Source: Chlamydiota bacterium (GTDB lineage: Bacteria > Auribacterota > JACPWU01). From it: a DNA stretch of 32,000 nt. The stretch lies in NCBI GenBank assembly GCA_016196885.1, contig JACPWU010000011.1, positions 90,001 to 122,000 of the forward strand, written 5' to 3'. The position numbers were made by a program, and so were the translations under genes. The notes under the pieces were generated by a model, which was given only the letters and a program-made list of their open reading frames with translations, had not been told where the DNA came from and made no database searches. Shown in pieces: positions 1 to 7,522 of the stretch. How positions within the stretch are numbered: position 1 is the first letter of the stretch; the number at the start of each line of letters is the position of its first letter.

Positions 1-33
1 TAGACCTAAAATCCAATTTAGGATTTTGGAATT

Positions 34-444
34 TCACGCTCTAAAAACCAAGATGTGGGACTTCAAAAATTCTGCATCAAAGGTTTCCAAAAAACCGAGC
101 CGCCCCAGAAGAGGAGGAATTTCGTCCGTATTAAAAAATGCAACAGGAACCTTGCGCAGAAGGTTGCCCAGCTTAACCAAAACCTTTTTTCTGCACAGGT
201 AAATCGTTTGTTCTCCTCCCACACCTCTGGTTGTATCAATTGCACAATCAGATTCAAGAGAAACAGCCAACTCTTTTGCTAAATATTTTGGAAGAATGGT
301 AAAGTCTGCCCCGGTATCTACAACCATCCAAACATCCGTCCATTCTCGAAGACCTTGAGATTGAAAGGAGATTTTAGCTACGGGTCTATAGATAGGGCCA
401 AAAAAGGTTTTACCTTCGTACTTAAAATTAAATTTTACAGCCAT
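34..444 (-). CDS. retropepsin-like (clan AA) aspartic protease, single domain, 136 aa
   Basis: ORF carries the catalytic-type motif VVDTGADFTILP (D-T-G-A) in a ~130-aa protein. Its start overlaps the stop of the upstream small ORF by 10 nt. Confidence 0.7.
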   Translation of the reverse strand: MAVKFNFKYEGKTFFGPIYRPVAKISFQSQGLREWTDVWMVVDTGADFTILPKYLAKELAVSLESDCAIDTTRGVGGEQTIYLCRKKVLVKLGNLLRKVPVAFFNTDEIPPLLGRLGFLETFDAEFLKSHILVFRA

Positions 445-638
445 AAAATAAGGGAATGGGCTTTGGGAAGGTAGGCTATCTCAGGAGTCACACGAGGATG
501 TTTTTTACGAATACCTTCAAGTATTTTTGAAGCCCCCTCACCCGTTTTAGCAGTATAAATCTTCCCGGCAGCTAAAATAACATGCTTACCTCGATAGCGG
601 GGGTTTTTGAAAATATCCACCATCTCTACTTTTCTCAT
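435..638 (-). CDS. small DUF5678-like protein (~67 aa)
   Basis: Sequence YRGKHVILAAGKIYTAKTGEGASKILEGIRKKHP resembles the DUF5678 pattern. The tracked ORF runs to 722, but its N-terminal extension (MSSHFLSLSLGSL...) is low complexity and crosses an inverted-repeat arm. In-frame ATGs at 662, 638 and 623 are possible starts, so the start is uncertain. Confidence 0.5.
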   Translation of the reverse strand: MRKVEMVDIFKNPRYRGKHVILAAGKIYTAKTGEGASKILEGIRKKHPRVTPEIAYLPKAHSLILWL

Positions 639-690
639 AACGGTCTCATTGTAACACCCCATGAGAGGGAATAACAAGGGAGAAAGAGAA

Positions 691-876
691 CCCAAGGACA
701 GAGATAGAAAATGAGAACTCAAGAGCGACAGGTTGGCTCAGATGGACTTGAAGAAAACTCGAGGCATACCTGCAAGGTATGTCGAGATTTTCTGAAAGTT
801 CAGATGGGTCAAGATGTCATGTTTTTATAGTCCCCAGGGGATGCGTCGAATTCCATTTTCTATCTCTGTCCTTGGG
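691..876. repeat. 186-nt element closed by a 23-bp perfect inverted repeat (691-713 / 854-876)
   Basis: cccaaggacagagatagaaaatg is the reverse complement of cattttctatctctgtccttggg. There is an internal 11-bp bulged hairpin at 758-786 (ctcgaggcatacc-tgcaa-ggtatgtcgag) and two copies of cagatgg (739-745, 801-807). It lies between the HAD stop and the DUF5678-like start. Confidence 0.7.
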
Positions 877-887
877 GAGAATGGGCT

Positions 888-1586
888 TTAGGCAAAAATC
901 AGCGGCAACAATTCTTTGAGAGACCTCACCGTCGGAACAGGATGCTGCCTCTTTCCTGATCGATCAATCAGAACTGATTGGATTCCAATACGATTCGGAC
1001 CTAAAACATCATCTTTGACACTGTCCCCAATATGCAGAACCTCATGAGATTCAGCGCCACTGCGTCGCAGAGCTTCCTTAAAAATTTCCGGATGAGGCTT
1101 TGAAGATCCCACCAATGCAGAAGCCAAAATAAAATCAAATGTCTTTCCAATGCCTAACCCTTCACATAAAGGAATCAAGCGTGAATCCCAATTGGAAACA
1201 ATTCCTAAAATAAGTTCGGATTTTTTTAACTCCCTTAAAACTTCTTCCACCTCTGGGAAAAGCCTCCAGTATTCGGGTCTTGCAAAAATATCGTAAAGCT
1301 CTTCAAAAAAAGGTTCAAAATCTTTCACGCCGCCAAAATGATTAAAAACATCTTTCACCAAATTGAACCACCATTCTCGCTCCTGAGGATGTGCTTCCAA
1401 AAAAGAATGATGATCCCTCTTTTCCCATTCCATTTTAAATCGAGATTCAATCTCATCAGGCAGCAAACCAGAGCAACCGTAACGCGCCGCCACATCCCGA
1501 TAAATTTCCCCTACCGACGGCTCAGGCCTCACCAGCGTTCCCCCTGCATCGAAAAAAATAGCTTTAAATCGAGAAGTTTTATTCAT
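888..1586 (-). CDS. HAD-superfamily hydrolase, subfamily IA (REG-2-like)
   Basis: Motif I is FFDAGGTLV right after the proposed start MNKTSRFKA (ATG at 1586). Also has SNWD and GDS.KDDV motifs. The tracked ORF extends to 1661, but that extension has no homology-like features. Confidence 0.8.
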   Translation of the reverse strand: MNKTSRFKAIFFDAGGTLVRPEPSVGEIYRDVAARYGCSGLLPDEIESRFKMEWEKRDHHSFLEAHPQEREWWFNLVKDVFNHFGGVKDFEPFFEELYDIFARPEYWRLFPEVEEVLRELKKSELILGIVSNWDSRLIPLCEGLGIGKTFDFILASALVGSSKPHPEIFKEALRRSGAESHEVLHIGDSVKDDVLGPNRIGIQSVLIDRSGKRQHPVPTVRSLKELLPLIFA

Positions 1587-1671
1587 GACATCTTTCGTTT
1601 TGATCAAAATAATGGTACGGCATACCCGTTCATGATAGATTGAGAAAAGGTGAACCGTCAAATGGCATTTT

Positions 1672-2058
1672 ATGGGCTTTGAAGAAAAACGTTCTCATTT
1701 TCGAAGATATTTCAGTGAAGAAGAACGCTACTTGATCGAATATAAAGTGGCGGGGAAATTCTTTGCAAAAAAAGAAGTGGCTCTCACTCTGAACCTGAGC
1801 GCCTCAGGCCTTCTTTTCCGAGCAACGCATATCACGCCGGTCAACACCCTCCTCAAAGTTTCGCTCCAACTACCTCATCTCAAAAAAACCATTCCCCTTC
1901 AAGCCCGTGTTGCGCGCATTGAGCCAACCCACAAGGAAGGAATTTATAACATCGCTATTCACTACATTCAAATCCTGGATGCAGACAGAGCTCTTATTGA
2001 TAAATTCTGCACTGAACAAGTCCCTAAAAAAAATTCTCAAACAGGTAAAGAAAGCTGA
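1672..2058 (+). CDS. PilZ domain protein (c-di-GMP receptor type)
   Basis: RSHFRRY (RxxxR) and LNLSASGLLF (D/NxSxxG) motifs at PilZ spacing; 128 aa. Confidence 0.75.
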   Translation: MGFEEKRSHFRRYFSEEERYLIEYKVAGKFFAKKEVALTLNLSASGLLFRATHITPVNTLLKVSLQLPHLKKTIPLQARVARIEPTHKEGIYNIAIHYIQILDADRALIDKFCTEQVPKKNSQTGKES

Positions 2059-2159
2059 GCACTCATATTTTCTGAAATTAACCCACTTACTTTTTTAGGG
2101 CTACCATAAAACTGTTGTGAAAAAATCTTTTACTCCCATCTAAAAATGTAAAAGTCTCA

Positions 2160-2456
2160 TCAAGAAAATCTCTCAATCGATTTTAAAACATCAGACGCGT
2201 CTAGATTTCCCTTAATCCCTAGATCTAAAAAAAGGTCCATTGCCTCAGGCAAGCTCACATTCAAAAAACGAGCCGCTTGACGCAAAGACACCTTTCCCTG
2301 CTTATAGAGATTTCCCATATAAGTCTCAAAACCAATCTTCATCAATTTTCTCATGGCTGTAGACTCTTCAATTTTTTCTTCTTTCTCTACCCATTCAATT
2401 GCTGACATCATCGCTCCAGGGATCCTGATTGTTTTTGTTTTCACGATTTTCTCCAT
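2160..2456 (-). CDS. UPF0175-like small protein (antitoxin-type HTH)
   Basis: C-terminal half YKQGKVSLRQAARFLNVSLPEAMDLFLDLGIKG matches the UPF0175 pattern (Y..G.iS.g.AA..lg.s..EF...L...GI). No PIN/DUF3368-type partner is adjacent. Confidence 0.55.
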   Translation of the reverse strand: MEKIVKTKTIRIPGAMMSAIEWVEKEEKIEESTAMRKLMKIGFETYMGNLYKQGKVSLRQAARFLNVSLPEAMDLFLDLGIKGNLDASDVLKSIERFS

Positions 2457-2818
2457 CTAAAACAGCTTTAAAAAAGTCCGATATATGTGCTACCATAAAG
2501 CATGGGAGAAAAGTACTTTTTAAGTCGTTAGGACAAGACAACGTTCAACATCTAAGGTTTAGGATTGTAACAAAGAAAGGACGGGTTGTCGATTTTGTGG
2601 TTCAGCTCGAAGTCTGGGCAAAGGATAAATGGTACCCTGTTGTTCGGTACGATTATGCACGTGGCTTTGCACACAGAGATGTTCTTTCTCCCAAAGGTGA
2701 GGAAGAAAAAAGACCTTTAACGCTTGATTCATTGGAGCAATGTGTCCAGTATGCAGAACAAGATTTGACGGACAGGTATGAATGGTACATTGAACAATTT
2801 TTGAGAAAGTTGAGGTAA
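2429..2818 (+). CDS. hypothetical protein with VVRYDYARGFAHRD motif
   Basis: Open frame of 129 codons. The only starts are TTG at 2429 and 2435, which would overlap the divergent UPF0175-like gene. There is no in-frame ATG. The RYD-x3-G-x2-H-x-D core resembles small TA-associated families (TumE/DUF6516-like), from memory only. Confidence 0.4.
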   Translation: MFLFSRFSPSKTALKKSDICATIKHGRKVLFKSLGQDNVQHLRFRIVTKKGRVVDFVVQLEVWAKDKWYPVVRYDYARGFAHRDVLSPKGEEEKRPLTLDSLEQCVQYAEQDLTDRYEWYIEQFLRKLR

Positions 2819-2824
2819 GTGATT

Positions 2825-3046
2825 ATGACAGCAAAAGAAAGAACTCAACATGAAATTTCTGAGGCATTTGATTTCATTCGATTCTTGATAAATCATCCGA
2901 AAGAAATTCGGAACATAAAAAAAGGTTCCTCGATCAACATCTTCTGTAAAGAGATTCCTCATAAGATGCGTACTCAATCAGCGAGAAAGAGCGCCGCCTT
3001 ATTACAATTTAATTATCTGAGCGAAAGAATATTTCGCCGCGTTTAG
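2825..3046 (+). CDS. hypothetical small protein (73 aa)
   Basis: ATG at 2825 (or GTG at 2819) directly abuts the TAA of the preceding ORF (2816-2818), suggesting translational coupling. No recognisable motif. Confidence 0.35.
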   Translation: MTAKERTQHEISEAFDFIRFLINHPKEIRNIKKGSSINIFCKEIPHKMRTQSARKSAALLQFNYLSERIFRRV

Positions 3047-3091
3047 TTTCTTTTGCCTGGCTAATCTTGATATCTATAAAAAACAAGAAGA

Positions 3092-4213
3092 TTAAACAGC
3101 AAGAGGCACAGCTGAACTTTCGGAATCCTTTTGAATCCTAAAATAAGGCTCGCCTAAAACTTCATATTTCATATTTCGTCGGACGGCCTTATATCCTGCC
3201 ATTTCAATGAGGCGAACCATTTCAGGCTCTGACATACAAAAAACAGTGCCGGCGGCTTTAACTACATTTTCTTCGATCATCACACTGCCAAAATCATCCA
3301 CGCCATATTTTAAACTCACTTGCCCAATTTTTGGACCTTGTGTCACCCAAGACGCTTGCAAATGATCAAAATTATCCAGATAAATCCGGGCAATCGCCAA
3401 TGTTCTCAAATAATCGACCGTAGAAGTTTTTTCTCCACCCATCGGCGTATGATCCGGTTGAAAAGTCCAGGTGATAAAGGCTGTGAACCCATGGGTTTCA
3501 TCCTGTAACTCTCGAAGTCTTTCCAAATGTTCCACACGATCTTCAAGCGTTTCTACATGACCGAACATCATGGTGGCCGTACTTCGGAGTCCAAAGCGAT
3601 GTGTCAATCTCATCACGTCAAGCCATTCATCCGTCGTCACTTTTTTAGGATTAATAATCTTTCGAACGCGCTCAACTAAAATTTCAGCACCCGCTCCTGG
3701 TAAGGAATCCAGTCCTGAGCGAATCAAACGCTTTAACGTTTCTTCTACAGAAAGTTTTGACACCTTCGAAATAAAAACAACTTCTGACGCGGAAAGCCCG
3801 TGAATCCAAATCGGATATTTTTCTTTGATGTGGCGAAACATTTTTTCATAGAAATCAATTTTGAGAGAGGGATTGTGTCCGCCTTGAAGCAAAATCTGCC
3901 GCCCGCCTAGCTCCAGTGTCTCTTCAATTTTTTTGTCCAATTCCTCACAGGAAAGAACATATCCCTTTTTTGAGCCCGGTCTCACATAAAAGGCGCAAAA
4001 ATCACAATCGGTCACGCAAAAATTGGTATAATTAATATTGCGATCAATAATATAAGTAACCGTTTTAGGATCATTCTTACGCGTGCGCACCCAATCCGCA
4101 AGACTCCCCAATAAAGGAAGATCCGGACATTGAAAAAGGGACAGGGCTTCTTTTGAATCAATCCTGTCGCCGTTTCGAACCTTAGATGCGATGTCCTTCC
4201 AATTCATATTCAT
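3092..4213 (-). CDS. mqnC: radical SAM enzyme, cyclic dehypoxanthine futalosine synthase (MqnC)
   Basis: CVTDCDFCAF radical-SAM cluster motif; FITWTFQPDHT, LQASWVTQG and GVDDFGSVMIEENVV blocks typical of MqnC. Last gene of the mqnE-mqnA-mqnC string. Confidence 0.8.
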   Translation of the reverse strand: MNMNWKDIASKVRNGDRIDSKEALSLFQCPDLPLLGSLADWVRTRKNDPKTVTYIIDRNINYTNFCVTDCDFCAFYVRPGSKKGYVLSCEELDKKIEETLELGGRQILLQGGHNPSLKIDFYEKMFRHIKEKYPIWIHGLSASEVVFISKVSKLSVEETLKRLIRSGLDSLPGAGAEILVERVRKIINPKKVTTDEWLDVMRLTHRFGLRSTATMMFGHVETLEDRVEHLERLRELQDETHGFTAFITWTFQPDHTPMGGEKTSTVDYLRTLAIARIYLDNFDHLQASWVTQGPKIGQVSLKYGVDDFGSVMIEENVVKAAGTVFCMSEPEMVRLIEMAGYKAVRRNMKYEVLGEPYFRIQKDSESSAVPLAV

Positions 4214-4979
4214 AAAATCTCAAAGTAGGTTTTTGATGAATCAAATGATGCTTAAACGCCAAATCATAAAAAAGATCGAGCCCCTTTCGATGGGCACGAG
4301 ATTCATCGTAACAAATCGAATGAAGAAAATAATCTAAAATTTGCTCGCGTGTAAACCGGCTTTCTTGAGACAATGCTCCTGAAAGAAGCGCAATTTGCTG
4401 AATGCCCTGATCTTTTGCCTCTATTAATCGGACGACGTTTTCTGATTCAACATCCTCTTTTCCAACCCAAAAGGCATACGTAAAAGGAAGCCCACAGAAT
4501 TGATTCCAGGCTTCTCCCAAATCTATTTTCTCACCTCTATGTCGCATGCCCTCTTCCAAAGCCTGATCCCCAATCAAAAGCGCTGCATCACATGACTGAA
4601 GCATGTTTTTAAGAACGGGAGGGTAAGATTTATATTCTGGATCAATATTCAGAAACTCTTTTGTTAAAATTTTAAGCAATGTCACAGCCGTCCGAGATCT
4701 TTCATCCACTGCAACGTGACGAACTTGAGACAGAGGTTTTTTTAAGAAAAGAATCACCGACTTCACCGGCCCCTTGGAGGAAATCGTAACATTCGGGACA
4801 ATTGAAAGTCCTGACATGCGGGCATATTCAATGGAGGGAATAAGAGAAAAATCTACTTTGCTTTCTACAAGAGCCGATGCACAGGCATTGGGAGAACCCC
4901 AGAAAAAAAAATTCTCCTTTTCTTCCAACCCTTGAATAAGGGGTTTTGCATTGAGAAAATCACTGGCCGCTATTTTCAT
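4182..4979 (-). CDS. mqnA: chorismate dehydratase (MqnA)
   Basis: MKIAASDFLNAKPLIQGL N-terminus, LLIGDQAL and DLGEAW..F.GLPFTYAFW blocks of the MqnA/VitK2 biosynthesis family. Proposed ATG at 4979 (tracked ORF runs to 5090 through a GC-rich structured spacer). Overlaps mqnC by 32 nt. Confidence 0.8.
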   Translation of the reverse strand: MKIAASDFLNAKPLIQGLEEKENFFFWGSPNACASALVESKVDFSLIPSIEYARMSGLSIVPNVTISSKGPVKSVILFLKKPLSQVRHVAVDERSRTAVTLLKILTKEFLNIDPEYKSYPPVLKNMLQSCDAALLIGDQALEEGMRHRGEKIDLGEAWNQFCGLPFTYAFWVGKEDVESENVVRLIEAKDQGIQQIALLSGALSQESRFTREQILDYFLHSICYDESRAHRKGLDLFYDLAFKHHLIHQKPTLRFYEYELEGHRI

Positions 4980-5013
4980 ACATTGAAAATCTCTAAAAAC
5001 CCTTATCTGTAGA

Positions 5014-5135
5014 GACCTCTCAAAAAGGTCCCAGCTGCAAGGCGCCCACGAGCGACCGCGGAGGCGTACGTTTTCCAGTACGCCGCACAAGGGAGCGAAG
5101 TGGGCAACGCCGCAGATGGGCCTTTTTCAGAGGTC
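5014..5135. repeat. GC-rich intercistronic rod-like hairpin between mqnE and mqnA
   Basis: Arms gacctctcaaaaagg (5014-5028) and cctttttcagaggtc (5121-5135) match 14 of 15. Inner helices are cccagctgc/gcagatggg, ggcgcccac/gtgggcaacgcc (bulged) and an apical ggcgtac-N8-gtacgcc. The right arm contains the mqnE stop codon (5127-5129). Confidence 0.65.
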
Positions 5136-6230
5136 CCACATTTTAACCACTTGATAGAGCGCCCCTCTTTCGATGGGATCTCGTCCAGCCTCTCGAATGA
5201 GCCGAATCAACGTCTCACGTGTCAAAGCATCTTGCGTTTTTGCACCTGCATCGTGATAAATTTTCTCTTCAATCACAGAGCCATCAATATCATCTGCCCC
5301 ATAGAAAAGAGCAATTTGCGAAAGAGCGGGCGTCAGCATAATCCAATAAGCCTTAATATGTGGAAAATTATCCAGAAGAAGCCGGGAAACAGCCAAGGTC
5401 TTCAAATCATCTATGCCCGTCGTCCAACCCATTTTACCCATGCGATTGTTTTCAGGATGATAGGCCAGTGGAATAAAACATAAAAAACCGCCTGTTTCAT
5501 CCTGAGCCTCACGCAATTGAAGAAGGTGACGGACCCTCACATCATATTTTTCAACATGGCCGTAAAGCAGGGTGGCATTGGTCGGGATGCCTAAACGGTG
5601 AGCCGTCTTCGCAATTTCAAGCCAACGGGCTCCTGTCGCCTTCTCACCCGCAATTTTTTTGCGAATTTTCTCATCAAAAACCTCAGCCCCTCCGCCCGGT
5701 AAAGAACCCAAACCAGCTTCTTTAAAATCTCTTAAAACTTGTTCCGCTGTTTTCCCGTAAAGCTGAGCAAAAAAATCAACTTCCACACAAGTAAAGGCCT
5801 TAATGTGAAGTTTTGGATTCTCTTCTTTAATCGCTTTCAAAAGTTTTAAATAATAATCGTAAGGGAGATCTGGGTTAAGCCCCCCCACCATGTGAAGTTC
5901 TGTCAAGCCTTGATCTCGCACCTTGCGAATCTTTTCCAGAATCTGGTTTATATCCAGCGTATATCCTTCCGGATGGTCCACATCTCTTCTAAAAGAACAG
6001 AACAGACAATCCACGGCACAAATATTGGTATAATCAATATGTAGGTTGGTCACAAAATAAGCTTTATTGCCATTTTTTCTTTCTCGAGCCAGATTGGCAA
6101 GCATTCCAATAGTATTTAAATCCTGAGACTGAAAAAGCCGAAGGCCATCTTCATAAGAGAGCCGTTCCCCAGCTTCAACTTTATCCACGATCAAAGACAA
6201 CTCTGATTTTTCGAGAAGAAGATCTATCAT
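5127..6230 (-). CDS. mqnE: radical SAM enzyme, aminodeoxyfutalosine synthase (MqnE)
   Basis: CAVDCLFCSFRR cluster motif; LTELHMVGGLNP, FIPLAYHP, VSRLLLDNFPHIKAYWIM, GADDIDGSVIEEKIYHDAG and LIREAGRDPIERGALY blocks agree with my recollection of MqnE (SCO4494 family). Confidence 0.8.
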   Translation of the reverse strand: MIDLLLEKSELSLIVDKVEAGERLSYEDGLRLFQSQDLNTIGMLANLARERKNGNKAYFVTNLHIDYTNICAVDCLFCSFRRDVDHPEGYTLDINQILEKIRKVRDQGLTELHMVGGLNPDLPYDYYLKLLKAIKEENPKLHIKAFTCVEVDFFAQLYGKTAEQVLRDFKEAGLGSLPGGGAEVFDEKIRKKIAGEKATGARWLEIAKTAHRLGIPTNATLLYGHVEKYDVRVRHLLQLREAQDETGGFLCFIPLAYHPENNRMGKMGWTTGIDDLKTLAVSRLLLDNFPHIKAYWIMLTPALSQIALFYGADDIDGSVIEEKIYHDAGAKTQDALTRETLIRLIREAGRDPIERGALYQVVKMWDL

Positions 6231-6346
6231 TTTTCTAATTCTTCTAATATGACTGTTACTTTTTTCTTGAAATAATGAGAGTGGAATTTAATTTCAATGA
6301 TCTTTCGAGATCATCGTATGCAGTGAAAGTTCTCTCCATCACGCTT

Positions 6347-6399
6347 TTTTGTAGTCGCTCGATTCATCGGGCAGCCCCATAAATGGGGCGACTACAAAA
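6347..6399 (-). repeat. double-hairpin intergenic repeat, copy A (inverted orientation)
   Basis: ttttgtagtcgctcgattcatcgggcagccccataaatggggcgactacaaaa is the reverse complement (1-2 mismatches) of the elements at 17057-17103 and 20843-20901. Confidence 0.85.
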
Positions 6400-6442
6400 C
6401 GAACCTCACTTCTTTCATAACAAAAAGGAGGTCTTACCTTTT

Positions 6443-6733
6443 TCACAGGGAAACAGCCTCTTTCAAAACTCTATCTCGAATGTACCAATGAATCGCTTTT
6501 TCAGTGACCACGTCTACACCTCGCCCCAACAAACTCTGAAGTTCCATCAACAACTTTCCCACGTCAAAAAGACTTCGACCCTTGTCTAATGCAATTAAAA
6601 AATCCACATCGCTCTTAGGTCCGGCTTCTCCCCTTGCAACAGAGCCAAAAACCCTCACATGATGAGCTCCATGCTTGGCAGCAATGCGTAAGATCTCTTC
6701 CCTCTTAGATTTTAAAATTTCTTCAATGCCCAT
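6443..6733 (-). CDS. MNT-type nucleotidyltransferase (type VII TA antitoxin-like)
   Basis: [22 protein letters not shown] matches the GS-x9-SDxDxL minimal nucleotidyltransferase motif; 96 aa. Confidence 0.8.
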   Translation of the reverse strand: MGIEEILKSKREEILRIAAKHGAHHVRVFGSVARGEAGPKSDVDFLIALDKGRSLFDVGKLLMELQSLLGRGVDVVTEKAIHWYIRDRVLKEAVSL

Positions 6734-6790
6734 GATAAAATCCGTTGTTCGCCATTCGTGCAGCGTAGCTCGTCAAAGACCCATTCTACC

Positions 6791-6887
6791 TCACAACCCC
6801 GGCTGAGTCCAGATGCGACTCACCTTTTCTTTAACTGAAGAATCCATCACAATCTCATCGGGCCACTCTCGGTCAAAACCCTCTCTC
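6791..6887 (-). pseudogene. displaced relic of the 3' end of the UbiD-family decarboxylase gene
   Basis: The minus strand reads ..EGFDREWPDEIVMDSSVKEKVSRIWTQPGL*, against ..EGFDREWPDEIVMDRDVKTRVDEIWKKLGL* at the live gene end (7714-7810). The first 43 nt (6842-6884) are identical to 7765-7807. Confidence 0.7.
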
Positions 6888-6894
6888 CTTAGTT

Positions 6895-7167
6895 CTATCG
6901 AGATCCGGATACACCTTTTGCAATATACTGTTTAATTAAAGATTGGTAAGGAACTCTCAGTTCGTTCGCTTTTTCTTTGAGACGCATCAACAATGCCTCT
7001 GATAAACGAATAGAAATGGAACGAGAGGTCGGTTTAAGATTGGGAAATGAAACCGCTTGAAGATCGTTTGACTCAAAATAATCCGCAAGATCTATATTTG
7101 ACCAAAAATCTCTTTCTTCATCTTCATTTTTAAACTTCGGTAATTCAAGAGCTTTAGACTTTTTCAT
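6895..7167 (-). CDS. brnA: BrnA antitoxin (CopG/RHH type)
   Basis: N-terminal FKNEDEERDFW and C-terminal ISIRLSEALLMRLKEKANELRVPYQSLIKQYI ribbon-helix-helix. 4-nt overlap with brnT. Confidence 0.8.
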   Translation of the reverse strand: MKKSKALELPKFKNEDEERDFWSNIDLADYFESNDLQAVSFPNLKPTSRSISIRLSEALLMRLKEKANELRVPYQSLIKQYIAKGVSGSR

Positions 7168-7445
7168 AAGCCCCTCTCTTTTCTATTCAAGTCCCTGGCA
7201 GAAATGATTCGAATTCTTCTTCCTCGAACCGTAAATACAATAAACAATGATCTTAAAGCCTTTGAACGACCCATCAGAAGAAATCTCTTTTCCTTCCCAG
7301 CATACAAGATTTCCTTCAAAATACGCTTATGAGGATCAAAAAAAACCTCTTCGCACTCCTCACATGTCACGCTATGTTTGAGAAAATTTTTCTCTCTGTT
7401 TCCAGAATCCCACTCAAAACGAATTGGCTTACTAAAAACATCCAT
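7164..7445 (-). CDS. brnT: BrnT toxin (DUF497 ribonuclease family)
   Basis: FEWDSGNREKNFLKHSVTCEECEEVFFDP matches the BrnT signature (feWD..K...N..KH.v.feEa..vF.D); 93 aa. Confidence 0.85.
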   Translation of the reverse strand: MDVFSKPIRFEWDSGNREKNFLKHSVTCEECEEVFFDPHKRILKEILYAGKEKRFLLMGRSKALRSLFIVFTVRGRRIRIISARDLNRKERGL

Positions 7446-7522
7446 GCAAACCTGTATATACTATATGATACATCTTGAAAAAATTCAATTTCAAAAGAGA
7501 TCCGCGAAGCATTAGATGATGT

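Noticed and set aside
728-760. ggttggctcagatgg resembles a tRNA D-arm
   Set aside because: There is no acceptor stem, anticodon arm or GGTTCGAATCC-type T-arm in the neighbourhood. I found no tRNA-like T-arm anywhere in the window.
4980-5090. N-terminal extension of the tracked mqnA ORF (similar extensions at 1587-1661 for the HAD gene and 639-722 for the DUF5678-like gene)
   Set aside because: These extensions run through structured or repeat DNA and add sequence with no family similarity. Internal ATGs give N-termini that match the families (MKIAASDFLNAKP, MNKTSRFKAIFFDAGGT).
5100-5483. 127-aa + strand ORF
   Set aside because: It is antisense to mqnE and starts within the structured spacer, so it is a shadow ORF.
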